Source of the DNA: Carboxydichorda subterranea
GTDB taxonomy: Bacteria; Bacillota; Limnochordia; Limnochordales; Geochordaceae
Length of the DNA stretch: 32,000 bases
Assembly: GCF_035593305.1 (NCBI RefSeq)
Contig: NZ_CP141615.1
Span: 2,045,722-2,077,721, forward strand
Direction of reading: 5' to 3'
In this document: one piece after another, positions 1 to 8,475 of the stretch
How the letters are laid out: each line of letters begins with the position of its first letter
Numbering within the stretch: position 1 is the stretch's first letter
Program-made: the position numbers and the translations under genes
Notes under the pieces: generated by a model
Database searches by the model: none
What the model saw: only the letters and a program-made list of their open reading frames with translations
What the model was told of the DNA's origin: nothing

Positions 1-1
1 T

Positions 2-1543
2 GGGGTTGGTACCGTGGATCAGGCACTCCTGGGCGTCCTGCGCGTGCGCCATCACTTCGTGCGGCTCTGGGGGCTGGCCAATCGTACCGTTGTCCTCGAC
101 GAGGTACACGCCTACGATGCATATACCTCGGGGCTCGTCGAGACGTTGCTCCGGTGGCTGAAGACTCTAGGCTCTTCCGCTATCGTGATGAGTGCCACGC
201 TACCAAGATCCCGGCGCAACGCGATCCTCAAGGCGTATGCGGTCGAACCTCCTCACGAGGACGTCCCATATCCTCGAATCACCATCGCTCAGGGTACCGA
301 GGCACGCTCCCTGCAGGTACTGGGGCTTCCGTCAAGGGCTCTGGCGGTTGGGTCTGCTCCGCGAGACCTGCGGGAGCTGGCCCCCCGCCTGCTGGATGAG
401 GTTCGAGACGGAGGATGTCTGGCTTGCATCGTCAACACCGTGGATCGGGCCCAGCGTCTTTATCAGGCCTTGGGCCCGGGAGAGGCCATCGAGGACCAGG
501 GTATCCGGCTGGGCAAACAGGTCGCCGGGATCCCTGTCTACCTCCTGCATGCCCGTTACCCTGCCGCAGAGCGCCAAAAGCGCGAAGAGTTCCTCATTCG
601 GTGCTTCGGAAAGGAGGGCTATGCGACAGGGACGAGGCCCCACCGGGCCGTTCTCGTCGCCACGCAAGTGGTCGAGCAGAGCCTCGACCTGGACTTCGAC
701 GCGATGGTGACCGACCTTGCTCCCATGGATCTAGTGCTGCAGCGTGCGGGGAGGCTTCACCGGTTCGACCTCGCGGCCCTGTCGAAGTACCTTGGCGGGG
801 CGATGGGCTGGTCTCGACCTGCCGCTCACGCCAGCCCACGTCTGTGGGTGGCCGGGCTGGCCGAAGCGCCTCCTGACCTGGAGTCCGAACACTGGGACAA
901 GGTCTACGCTCCGTATGTCTTGCTGATGAGCTGGTGGGCCCTTCGCAGAGCGCAGATAGTGCGCATCCCCGAAGACCTGGAGGCTCTCGTGGAGCAGGTC
1001 TATGACGCCCCCATTCCTGGGAACCTTCCACCCGACATGGCCGCCTGGTTCGAGGAGGCTCGCTCTCTGTGCGAGCGGCAACAAAGCGACCAACGGGCCT
1101 GGGCTCACCACTCGGCTATCAGCAACCCCAGCGAACTCCTGGCGGACGTACCTACGGACATCCTGGCTCTGTCTGACCTGGATGACGACGAGGAAACCCC
1201 GGTCAGCCAGACGCCGCTTACCAGGTACGGGGAGCCCTCGGTGATGGTGATACCCCTCCACAGGGTGGGCAACCGCCTTGCTCTCGATGCTGCCGGCGTG
1301 AGCCCGGCACAAACGGATGAGGTACCGGAGAACGAGCAAGCTCTGAGGCTTTTCTTGCGGTCGGTCAGGCTCGGCCGGCCGGAAGTCTATCGGGCACTCG
1401 TGAAGACTCAACCACCTGCCGGCTGGGCGAGACATCCTCTGCTGCGTCGCATGCGGGTACTCGAGCTCCTGGATGGCAGGGCGAGGATCGGCCGCACGGT
1501 CGTACGGCTCGATCCGGAGCTCGGCGTTGTCTACGAACCATGA
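2..1543 (+). CDS. cas3: Cas3 helicase, type I-E, C-terminal part (5' end lies outside the window)
   Basis: The open frame runs in from the window edge to TGA 1541-1543. It carries DEAH-box motif II (VLDEVHAYD) and motif III (MSATLP), arranged as in E. coli Cas3/YgcB. It sits directly upstream of cse1, as in canonical I-E loci. The HD nuclease domain and helicase motif I are upstream of the window. Confidence 0.9.
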   Translation, partial: GVGTVDQALLGVLRVRHHFVRLWGLANRTVVLDEVHAYDAYTSGLVETLLRWLKTLGSSAIVMSATLPRSRRNAILKAYAVEPPHEDVPYPRITIAQGTEARSLQVLGLPSRALAVGSAPRDLRELAPRLLDEVRDGGCLACIVNTVDRAQRLYQALGPGEAIEDQGIRLGKQVAGIPVYLLHARYPAAERQKREEFLIRCFGKEGYATGTRPHRAVLVATQVVEQSLDLDFDAMVTDLAPMDLVLQRAGRLHRFDLAALSKYLGGAMGWSRPAAHASPRLWVAGLAEAPPDLESEHWDKVYAPYVLLMSWWALRRAQIVRIPEDLEALVEQVYDAPIPGNLPPDMAAWFEEARSLCERQQSDQRAWAHHSAISNPSELLADVPTDILALSDLDDDEETPVSQTPLTRYGEPSVMVIPLHRVGNRLALDAAGVSPAQTDEVPENEQALRLFLRSVRLGRPEVYRALVKTQPPAGWARHPLLRRMRVLELLDGRARIGRTVVRLDPELGVVYEP

Positions 1544-1628
1544 GGTCCCCTCGTGAAGGGGGTGGCCCGTATTTGTGGGCGGCCCGCTGCCGAGGTCGCC
1601 TGATTCCCCACTCCGTGGGGGCGGTCTA
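1542..1628 (+). CRISPR. Degenerate single-spacer mini-CRISPR (repeat 28 nt, spacer 31 nt, repeat 28 nt) with type I-E repeat architecture
   Basis: R1 (1542-1569) is GAGGTCCCCTCGTGAAGGGGGTGGCCCG. R2 (1601-1628) is TGATTCCCCACTCCGTGGGGGCGGTCTA. Both have 5 nt, then a CCCC...GGGG hairpin, then an 8-nt tail. The stems differ by compensatory changes (CCCCT/AGGGG versus CCCCAC/GTGGGG). They resemble I-E repeats recalled from memory: E. coli GAGTTCCCCGCGCCAGCGGGGATAAACCG and T. thermophilus GTAGTCCCCACGCGTGTGGGGATGGACCG. The spacer (1570-1600) is TATTTGTGGGCGGCCCGCTGCCGAGGTCGCC. The unit has the same orientation as the cas genes. Confidence 0.5.
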
Positions 1629-1650
1629 CATAAATACTTCGTTCTCTGGC

Positions 1651-1679
1651 TTGACCGCTCCCAGGCCTGCCTGTAGAAT
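1651..1679 (+). promoter_or_regulatory. Candidate sigma-70/SigA promoter of the Cascade operon
   Basis: TTGACC (1651-1656), a 17-nt spacer, then TAGAAT (1674-1679). Each hexamer matches the consensus at 5 of 6 positions. It lies in the only AT-rich patch of this region (1629-1740), about 75 nt upstream of the cse1 start. Confidence 0.55.
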
Positions 1680-1754
1680 GAGACCGTATTCTTCTTCTCC
1701 CAATGAGTGGTAAGCTCAGCAAAGCCTCTTTGCATAAGTGGGGGAGGCAAGTCG

Positions 1755-3245
1755 GTGCCTCACTTCAACCTGCTGACAGAGCCTTGGATCCCGGTCAGGG
1801 ACCTCCACGAACAACTCCTGCACGTAGGCCTTCGTGACGCTCTCCTGCACGCTCATCGCCTGCGCCGGATCGAAGACCCGTCTCCCCTGGCCGAGGCTGC
1901 ATTTTACCGCCTGCTGTTCGCAGTCGGGCATCGAGCTCTGAAGGGGCCCCGCAGCCTCGAGGAATCCGTTGAGCTCTTCTATCAGGGCCACCTTCCGGAG
2001 GCGCCGTTCGAAGATTACTTCGAAGCCTTTGCCGACCGCTTCGACCTCTTCCACCCGGAGTTCCCGTTCTTCCAGGTAGCGGACCTTCCAACCGACCAAC
2101 CTCTTCCGTGGACGAAGCTGCTTCCCGAGCTGTCATCCGGAAACAACCCCACCCTCTTCGACCACACGCTCGACAGCGCACCTCCGCCGGCCGCCCCGGC
2201 CGACGCAGCCCGGGCTTTAGTGATTCACCAGGCCTTCACGCCAGGCGGGCTCATCAAGAGGATGGGCGTGACCTCGGGCAAGGCGGCGCCGCTCGCAACT
2301 TCGGCCGTCTTCCTCCCGTTCGGGCAAACCCTCTTCGAGACGCTCCTCCTGGGCATGCCCCCATACGACCCCTTCGGTGACGTTCCCATCTGGGAGGGTC
2401 CACCTTACCGCGCCCGTGATGTGGAGGGCCACCGGACAGAAGCAAGCGTGCAGGGTCGCACGAGAGTCTACACGTGGCTCTCAAGGTCCGTACGGTTGCT
2501 GCCGGAGTCCGATGCTGTGGTACGCTATGTCGCCTACGGCCCCGGGGTGCTACCGGTACAAGACAAGCCCTACTGGGATCCCATGTGCGCCTACTCCAAG
2601 GACGACGCAGGCCAGGAAAGGCCTGTGCGCTTGAGTCGGGATCGAGCCTTCTGGCGAGATTTCGAGTCCCTCCTTCCGGGGGACACCCACAGAGTGCCCA
2701 ACGTACTCGAGCAGGCACGCGGCCTTCTGCTCGAGACGGACCGTCTTGCACTGCTGGTGCCTGTGTCGGTACTGGGCCAGGTAACGGACCAAGCTAAGGT
2801 GCTTTCGACACGGCGGGAGACTTACCCGTTTCCCTTGCAGGCCCTCGATGCACACGCCGCAGCGGCCATTCGGAAGGCGGTCAGCGTGGCCAACGAAAGC
2901 GGTAGCCAATTGCGGGCCGCGGGCTATGTGCTGGCCCGGGCCCTTCTCTCTCCCGCGGGTCGTGAGCCTCCGGCGGAGGAAGTGAGCCGTTTGCTCCACA
3001 GTCTCCCCCTCATGTCGTCGTATTGGTCCTCCCTGGAAACGGCGTTTTCGGCCTACCTCGACGACGTGGCCCACAAAGGGGTGGATGAAGCGTACGATGC
3101 GTGGATCGACCGCATTTCGAAGACCATGTGGCTTGCCTGGGAGCAGACCGTGCGGACGGTCGGCACGCATTCGAGGCACCTCAGGGCGATCGAGGCTGGA
3201 GAGCGTCGGTGCGTCGGAGCCTTTGCCGCATTGAAAGGGAGGTGA
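1755..3245 (+). CDS. cse1: Cse1/CasA (Cas8e), Cascade large subunit
   Basis: The ORF spans 1707-3245. The preferred start is GTG 1755, preceded by GGGGAGG (1741-1747) at 7-nt spacing. The N-terminus FNLLTEPWIPVR matches the hallmark CasA N-terminus (E. coli MNLLIDNWIPVR). The size (about 500 aa) and the position after cas3 also fit. Confidence 0.9.
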   Translation: MPHFNLLTEPWIPVRDLHEQLLHVGLRDALLHAHRLRRIEDPSPLAEAAFYRLLFAVGHRALKGPRSLEESVELFYQGHLPEAPFEDYFEAFADRFDLFHPEFPFFQVADLPTDQPLPWTKLLPELSSGNNPTLFDHTLDSAPPPAAPADAARALVIHQAFTPGGLIKRMGVTSGKAAPLATSAVFLPFGQTLFETLLLGMPPYDPFGDVPIWEGPPYRARDVEGHRTEASVQGRTRVYTWLSRSVRLLPESDAVVRYVAYGPGVLPVQDKPYWDPMCAYSKDDAGQERPVRLSRDRAFWRDFESLLPGDTHRVPNVLEQARGLLLETDRLALLVPVSVLGQVTDQAKVLSTRRETYPFPLQALDAHAAAAIRKAVSVANESGSQLRAAGYVLARALLSPAGREPPAEEVSRLLHSLPLMSSYWSSLETAFSAYLDDVAHKGVDEAYDAWIDRISKTMWLAWEQTVRTVGTHSRHLRAIEAGERRCVGAFAALKGR

Positions 3246-3249
3246 TCAG

Positions 3250-3765
3250 GTGGTCGCCACCAAAGCGGAAGAGTTCGTCCGTTTCCTTGAAGGACTGGCC
3301 AGTAACAGGGGCCCTCTTGCAGCTTTAAGGCGCAGCTTGGCCTTCCATCCCGGGTCGTTCGTGCCCTCCTATCCCTATGTGGAGCCGTTCGTGCGCGACT
3401 ACGAAGGCTGGCAGAGGGAAGCGTATTACCTCGTGGCAGGTCTTTTCGCGCTGCATCCCTTCAGCGGCTCGAAGACCCTGCCGGAGGCCATGGCAGAGTT
3501 ACGCATCACGCGCAAGAGCGCGAGCATCGAGGCTCGTTTCGTTGCCCTGCTGGACTCCGATCGCGACCAGCTTCCCGACCGGCTCCGCCACGCCGTGATC
3601 CTGGTTACCCGCTCGCAGAACATGGCCCTGGACTGGGTACGTTTATTGACAGACGTGGTGGAGTGGTTTCGACCCGACCGGAAGATTCAGAGGGAGTGGG
3701 CCAGGGCCTTCTACCGGGCCATGGGCACGCAGCCAACCCCAGCGGAGGAGGCAGTGAAGGTATGA
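3250..3765 (+). CDS. cse2: Cse2/CasB (Cas11), Cascade small subunit
   Basis: A 171-aa ORF lies between cse1 and cas7. GTG 3250 has AAAGGGAGG ending 7 nt upstream. The call rests mainly on size, helical character and conserved position in I-E operons. Confidence 0.8.
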   Translation: MVATKAEEFVRFLEGLASNRGPLAALRRSLAFHPGSFVPSYPYVEPFVRDYEGWQREAYYLVAGLFALHPFSGSKTLPEAMAELRITRKSASIEARFVALLDSDRDQLPDRLRHAVILVTRSQNMALDWVRLLTDVVEWFRPDRKIQREWARAFYRAMGTQPTPAEEAVKV

Positions 3766-4946
3766 ACCTGGTCGAGATTCACATCATTCAAAACGTAGCC
3801 CCATCCAACCTCAACCGCGACGATACGGGCAGTCCGAAAGACGCGTTCTTTGGCGGAGTGCGCCGTGCCCGGCTCAGCAGCCAGTCGCAGAAGCGTGCCG
3901 TGCGCGACTACTTCAAAGCAACCCTTTCCCACGGAACGCTACAGCCAGACGACCTCGCATTGCGTACCAAGCGCCTGGTGGACGAGCTCACGGACCGCCT
4001 CGAAGTCCAAGGCCATTCCCGAGACGAGGCCCGGCGAGTCGCAAAGGCGGCTCTCGGCGGAATGGGACTTGCGGTCGACGACAGGGAGCTGACCCAGTAC
4101 CTCCTTTTCATGGGCCGGCGAGAGATATCCCGGCTCGCCGATATCATCCACGGTCATTGGCAGGTTCTCACCGAAGTCGCTGCGAGCTCTGAGGCCGGCG
4201 ATGGCCAGGCCAAGGCCAAGAAGAAGGCGGCCAAGGCCGCCGTCCCCTCCGACCTCCACAAGGCATTGGAGACAATCCTCGACGGCGGCAAGGCCGTCGA
4301 TCTGGCGCTGTTCGGGCGCATGCTGGCAGACGAGCCCAAGTGGAGCATAGACGCGGCTGCCCAGGTGGCCCACGCCCTCTCTACCCATCAGGTCGACCGC
4401 GAGTTCGACTTCTACACGGCAGTGGACGACCTCAATCCCAAGGAGGAGACCGGCGCCGGCATGATGGGGGATGTCGAGTTCTATTCCGCCTGCCTTTATC
4501 GTTACGCCAACGTGGACCTGGGCCAGCTGGTGCAGAGCCTCCAGGGCGACAGGGAACTTGCGGCCAAGGGCGTTGAGGCCTTCCTGCGAGGGTTCACGCT
4601 CACTTTGCCCTCCGGCAAGCAAAACAGTTTCGCCGCCCATAACTTACCGGGGTTCGTGGCTCTTGTGACGTCCGAAGCGGCTGCGCCGCGCAACCTCGCC
4701 GGTGCCTTCGAGAAACCAGTGCGGGCCCGGGATCGCCGGAGCCTCTCGGGTTTGTCGGTGGAAGCTCTCCTCTCGACATGGGAGACCCTCGACCGGGCCT
4801 ATGGACGTGCCCGGCGCCAGTGGGTCGCCTTGCTCAACCTGACGGATGCAACGGTGAGCTACCACGGGGAGCACGTGAAACCCAGCTTCGACGAAGCCCT
4901 CACAGCAGCGATGGACGGAGTGAGGACGCTGCTGGAGGTGAAATAG
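3762..4946 (+). CDS. cas7: Cas7e/CasC (Cse4), Cascade backbone subunit
   Basis: ATG 3762 overlaps the cse2 stop (ATGA). The N-terminus is MNLVEIHIIQNVAPSNLNRDDTGSPKDAFFGGVRRARLSSQSQKRAVR. This matches the Cas7e signature (SNLNRDD..G.PK...FGG..R.R.SSQ..KR). Confidence 0.92.
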   Translation: MNLVEIHIIQNVAPSNLNRDDTGSPKDAFFGGVRRARLSSQSQKRAVRDYFKATLSHGTLQPDDLALRTKRLVDELTDRLEVQGHSRDEARRVAKAALGGMGLAVDDRELTQYLLFMGRREISRLADIIHGHWQVLTEVAASSEAGDGQAKAKKKAAKAAVPSDLHKALETILDGGKAVDLALFGRMLADEPKWSIDAAAQVAHALSTHQVDREFDFYTAVDDLNPKEETGAGMMGDVEFYSACLYRYANVDLGQLVQSLQGDRELAAKGVEAFLRGFTLTLPSGKQNSFAAHNLPGFVALVTSEAAAPRNLAGAFEKPVRARDRRSLSGLSVEALLSTWETLDRAYGRARRQWVALLNLTDATVSYHGEHVKPSFDEALTAAMDGVRTLLEVK

Positions 4947-5609
4947 GTGCCCACGTTACTCCTGCGACTCCAGGGGCCCATGCAATCCTGGGGAACACGC
5001 AGCCGCTTCGATGAACGTGACACTGCCCTGGAGCCCTCCAAGAGCGGGGTGCTCGGGTTGGTATCCGCTGCCCTCGGGCGGGGGCGCGATGAGGACATCT
5101 CTGATCTGGCAGCCCTACGAATGGGTGTCCGCGTAGACCGCGAGGGTGCGCTACGCTACGACTACCAGACGGCCCAGGAGGTCCTGCGAGCCGACGGGGC
5201 CGGTCTCCAGCCTACCGTGCAGAGCCGACGGTACTACCTTTCCGATGCCGCCTTCCTGGTGGGACTCGAAGGCCCGGACCGGCCCTTGTTGGAAGCCGTC
5301 TACCAGAGCCTGCGCGCCCCACGCTGGACCCTTTTCCTCGGCAGGAAAGGGTACCTGCCCTCTGCCCCTGTGTGGCTTCCTGACGCGCTCGTGGACGCGC
5401 ACCTGGACGAAGCGCTACGGCGTTACCCGCCGCTGGTCGAGGACCTGCCCGAAGTGATCCGCTTCGTGATCGAGTCAAGCAGCGGCCGGCTCTGCATGGA
5501 CCAGCCACTCGCACCCTTCGCACGCCGTCGGTTTGGGGCCCGGTACGTCAGCAGTTTCACTCATCGACGCGAAGAGGTGGGACCGTGTACCTCTCCAAGC
5601 TGTGCTTGA
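4947..5609 (+). CDS. cas5: Cas5e/CasD
   Basis: GTG 4947 directly follows the cas7 TAG, with GGAGGTG 6 nt upstream. The N-terminus LLLRLQGPMQSWGTRSRFDERDT...PSKSGVLGLVSAALG is the Cas5e signature. Confidence 0.92.
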   Translation: MPTLLLRLQGPMQSWGTRSRFDERDTALEPSKSGVLGLVSAALGRGRDEDISDLAALRMGVRVDREGALRYDYQTAQEVLRADGAGLQPTVQSRRYYLSDAAFLVGLEGPDRPLLEAVYQSLRAPRWTLFLGRKGYLPSAPVWLPDALVDAHLDEALRRYPPLVEDLPEVIRFVIESSSGRLCMDQPLAPFARRRFGARYVSSFTHRREEVGPCTSPSCA

Positions 5610-6235
5610 ATCCGCGCCATCCCCTGGCGCGGCGCGATATCTCCAACCCGTACGAGATGCACTCCACTCTCTCCTGGGTGTTCGAGGAGTGCGAGGTCAG
5701 GCGGTTCCTCTGGCGCCTGGAGCGCGGGCGGGATCCTACGAGGCCGACCCTCTTGCTCCAAAGTATCGCCCTACCGCCCTGGGACCGGCTCCAGGCGAGA
5801 GACGGCTACTCTGGCTACCTGCGCGAGGAACCTCAGACCAAGAGGTTCGTTCTGCCCGAGCGCGTACAGGCGGGACAGGTGTTCCGGTTCCGCCTCCAGG
5901 CCAACGCGACCGTTACTCGCGGCGGGAAACGGTACGGGTTGAGAAGCGAACGAGACCAGATTGCCTGGCTCGAACGCCAGGGTGAGCATCATGGGTTCAG
6001 GCTGCTCTATTATGAGGCAGGAGCAGGCACCAGGATTCCCAGTTGTCAGGTCACGTCGGCGGAGCGCCGGGCTTTTCGCAAGCGCCGGCAAGACCCACCC
6101 ATCGTTTTGTGGTCGGTGACGTATGACGGTTACCTCCAGGTTACCGACCCGAGAGGTCTCCAACAGGCACTGGTCAACGGCCTCGGACACGGCAAGGCCC
6201 TGGGCCTGGGGTTACTCTCTATCGCCCCCGCCTGA
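5585..6235 (+). CDS. cas6e: Cas6e/CasE (Cse3), crRNA endoribonuclease
   Basis: The start is GTG 5585, which overlaps the cas5 end by 25 nt. The N-terminus YLSKLCLNPRHPLARRDISNPYEMHSTLSWVF and the C-terminal Gly-rich loop GLGHGKALGLGLLSIAP are typical of CasE. Confidence 0.92.
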   Translation: MYLSKLCLNPRHPLARRDISNPYEMHSTLSWVFEECEVRRFLWRLERGRDPTRPTLLLQSIALPPWDRLQARDGYSGYLREEPQTKRFVLPERVQAGQVFRFRLQANATVTRGGKRYGLRSERDQIAWLERQGEHHGFRLLYYEAGAGTRIPSCQVTSAERRAFRKRRQDPPIVLWSVTYDGYLQVTDPRGLQQALVNGLGHGKALGLGLLSIAPA

Positions 6236-6316
6236 GCTGAGCCGTCTGCCGACGGACTCTGTCTGGGAATGCATGGTGGCGGGCGAGCACCCGCCTGACC
6301 TCCGCCACCCAGCGGG

Positions 6317-6362
6317 GCCCGCATTGGTGCGGGCGCCGCCGAGGGCTGTGATAGCCACAGCC
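6317..6362. terminator. Two GC-rich hairpins between the convergent cas6e and fur genes (possible bidirectional terminator)
   Basis: GCCCGCA-ttgg-TGCGGGC (6317-6334) and GGCTGTG-atagc-CACAGCC (6344-6362). Neither has a clear U-tract. Confidence 0.3.
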
Positions 6363-6851
6363 TCACCCCTCTTGCCGGCCTGGAGCCCCCTCCTGAAGTG
6401 GCCCTCGTCGGTCCTCCCGATCGCGCCCCGCCGCCCGGCACTCGGGGCAGTAGCCGGTGAAGTGGAGCGAATGGTCCACCACCCGGAAACCCGTCTCCGC
6501 CTCGATCCGCCGCTCGAGCGGCTCGAGCAGGTCCTCCTTGAACTCGAAGATCCGGCCGCAGCCGAGGCAGATCAGGTGGTGGTGGTAGTGACCCTTTTCG
6601 AGCCCGAACTCGAACCGGTCCTCCTCTTCGCCCACGTTGAGCCGGTTGGCCACGCCCGCCTGCTCCAGCAGCGGCAGCGTCCGGTAGACGGTGGCGAGCC
6701 CCAGGTCCGGATGCGCCCGCCGGGCGTTCTCGTACAGCTCGAGCGCGCTGAAGTGGCGGTCCGGATGCGCCGCCAGCACCTCCACCACCGCCAGCCGTTG
6801 CGGCGTCACCCGCACCCCCGATGCCTCGAGCCTGCGCCGGGCAGCCTGCAC
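6363..6851 (-). CDS. Fur-family metalloregulator (Fur/Zur/PerR type not resolved)
   Basis: The N-terminus is a winged helix (VTPQRLAVVEVLAAHPDRHFSALELY...ATVYRTL). The metal-site motifs HYHHHLICLGCG and GYCPEC are present. Length is 162 aa. Confidence 0.88.
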   Translation of the reverse strand: MQAARRRLEASGVRVTPQRLAVVEVLAAHPDRHFSALELYENARRAHPDLGLATVYRTLPLLEQAGVANRLNVGEEEDRFEFGLEKGHYHHHLICLGCGRIFEFKEDLLEPLERRIEAETGFRVVDHSLHFTGYCPECRAAGRDREDRRGPLQEGAPGRQEG

Positions 6852-6945
6852 CCGCCCCTCCGCTCCGGAGCCCCCGGGCGTCTGCCCGTGGCGCCGTCGC
6901 GGCAGCCGCGCCGCCCCGGTGCCTCCCGGCTGCGCTCGAGCAGGG

Positions 6946-8475
6946 TCACGAGGAGGAAGTCCCAGGCTCTCCCAGCTCCCGCCTCATCAACTCGCCGACC
7001 GTCTTGGGGTTGGCCTTGCCTTTCGAGAGCTTCATGACCTGGCCCACCAGGAACCCGGCCGCCTGCGCCTTGCCCGCGCGGTAAGAAGCCACGGCGTCAG
7101 GATTGGCCTCGATGGCCTGCCGCACCCAGGCGAGCAGCTGCGCTTCGTCGCCGACCTGCTCCAGCCCCCGGGCCCGCACGATCTCCTCGGGAGCGCGGCC
7201 GCTCTTGAAACTCTCCTCCAGCACCTCTTTCCCGACGTTGGCGGAGATCCGCCCGGCCGAGACCAGGCGCAGCACCTCGACGAGGTGCTCCACCCACTCG
7301 GGGCGCCCGGCGAGCACCCCCGGCTCCTCGCCGGAGGCGCCCAGGATCCGCAGCACCTCGCCCATCACCCAGTTGCTCACGGTCTTGCCGTCTTTCCACC
7401 GCGACGCCGCCTGCTCGAAGAAGCCGGCCAGCGCCGGGTGCTGGCAGATGACCCAGGCGTCGTAGGCGGGCAGCTGCCACTGCTCCATGAGCCGCCGGCG
7501 CCGGGCCGCGGGGAGCTCCGGCAGGCTCTGGCGCACCCGCTCCACGTACGCTTCGTCCAGCGCCAGCGGCGGGATGTCCGGCTCGGGGAAGTAGCGGTAG
7601 TCCTGCACCGTCTCTTTGCTGCGCATGGGGATGGTGGTACCGCTCGCCTCGTCCCATCCCCGGGTCTCCTGGACGATCCGGCCCCCGTCCTCCAGGACGG
7701 CCGCTTGCCGGTAAGCTTCGTAGCGCAGCGCCCGCTCGACGGCCCGCAGCGAGTTGATGTTTTTCACCTCGGTCTTGGTGCCGAGGCGAGTCTCGCCGGG
7801 CCGGCGCAGCGAGATGTTGGCGTCGCAGCGGAGCGACCCTTCTTCCATCTTGACGTCGGAGACGCCGAGGTACTGCATGACGCTGCGCAGCTCCTCGAGG
7901 AAAAGGCGCGCCTCCTCGGGCGTGCGCAGGTCGGGTTGGGTCACGATCTCGATGAGGGGCACGCCGCTCCGGTTGTAGTCGACCAGCGAGTAGCGGCTCC
8001 CGGCGATGGTGGCCGTCGAGTGCACCAGCTTGCCGGTCTCCTCCTCCAGGTGCACCCGGATGATGCCGACGCGCCGCGTCCTCCCCCCGACCTCCACCTC
8101 GAGGTAGCCGTCCCGGCACAGCGGCAGGTCGTACTGCGAGATCTGGTACGCCTTGGGCAGGTCGGGATAGAAGTAGTTTTTGCGGTCGAACTTGGCGTAC
8201 GGCGCGATCCGGCAGTGGAGCGCCAGCCCCGCCCGCACCGCGTACTCCACCGCCTTTTCGTTGAGCACCGGCAGGCTCCCGGGAAGCCCCAGGCAGACGG
8301 GGCAAACCTGCGTGTTGGGCGGCGCTCCGAAGCGCGTGCTGCACCCGCAGTAGATCTTGGACTCGGTCGCGAGCTCCACGTGGATCTCGAGGCCGATGAC
8401 CGCCTCCCACCCCGGCGGCACGCTCGGGGCGGCCTGCGCCTGCGCCGTCGCCTGGGCCGGCATCTGGGCCTTCAT
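6946..8475 (-). CDS. gatB: Asp/Glu-tRNA(Asn/Gln) amidotransferase subunit B
   Basis: The motif [47 protein letters not shown] is present. The start ATG 8475 overlaps the gatA stop (ATGA). The longer ORF reaching 8625 is an upstream extension that overlaps gatA. Confidence 0.95.
   Translation of the reverse strand: MKAQMPAQATAQAQAAPSVPPGWEAVIGLEIHVELATESKIYCGCSTRFGAPPNTQVCPVCLGLPGSLPVLNEKAVEYAVRAGLALHCRIAPYAKFDRKNYFYPDLPKAYQISQYDLPLCRDGYLEVEVGGRTRRVGIIRVHLEEETGKLVHSTATIAGSRYSLVDYNRSGVPLIEIVTQPDLRTPEEARLFLEELRSVMQYLGVSDVKMEEGSLRCDANISLRRPGETRLGTKTEVKNINSLRAVERALRYEAYRQAAVLEDGGRIVQETRGWDEASGTTIPMRSKETVQDYRYFPEPDIPPLALDEAYVERVRQSLPELPAARRRRLMEQWQLPAYDAWVICQHPALAGFFEQAASRWKDGKTVSNWVMGEVLRILGASGEEPGVLAGRPEWVEHLVEVLRLVSAGRISANVGKEVLEESFKSGRAPEEIVRARGLEQVGDEAQLLAWVRQAIEANPDAVASYRAGKAQAAGFLVGQVMKLSKGKANPKTVGELMRRELGEPGTSSS

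Noticed and set aside
1703-1837. A 44-codon ATG ORF in the cse1 leader, considered as a possible CreT-like toxin partner of the mini-CRISPR
   Set aside because: It has no Shine-Dalgarno sequence. It overlaps the cse1 start out of frame. It has no tandem rare-codon or other toxin-like feature that I can recognise. The leader hairpin GCAAAG-cct-CTTTGC (1719-1733) is noted but is too small to interpret.
3663-3761. The N-terminal extension of the cas7 ORF, and the similar extensions of gatB (8476-8625), the carboxypeptidase (12370-12567) and cse1 (1707-1754)
   Set aside because: Each extension overlaps the preceding gene or lacks an RBS. In each case a downstream start gives the conserved family N-terminus with a good Shine-Dalgarno sequence or a 4-nt coupling overlap.
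6236-6362. A search for CRISPR repeats or cas1/cas2 remnants downstream of cas6e
   Set aside because: The region holds only two unrelated hairpins, with no repeat periodicity. CCACCCAGCGGGGCC at 6305-6319 is a single weak CCCC/GGGG-like string with no partner.
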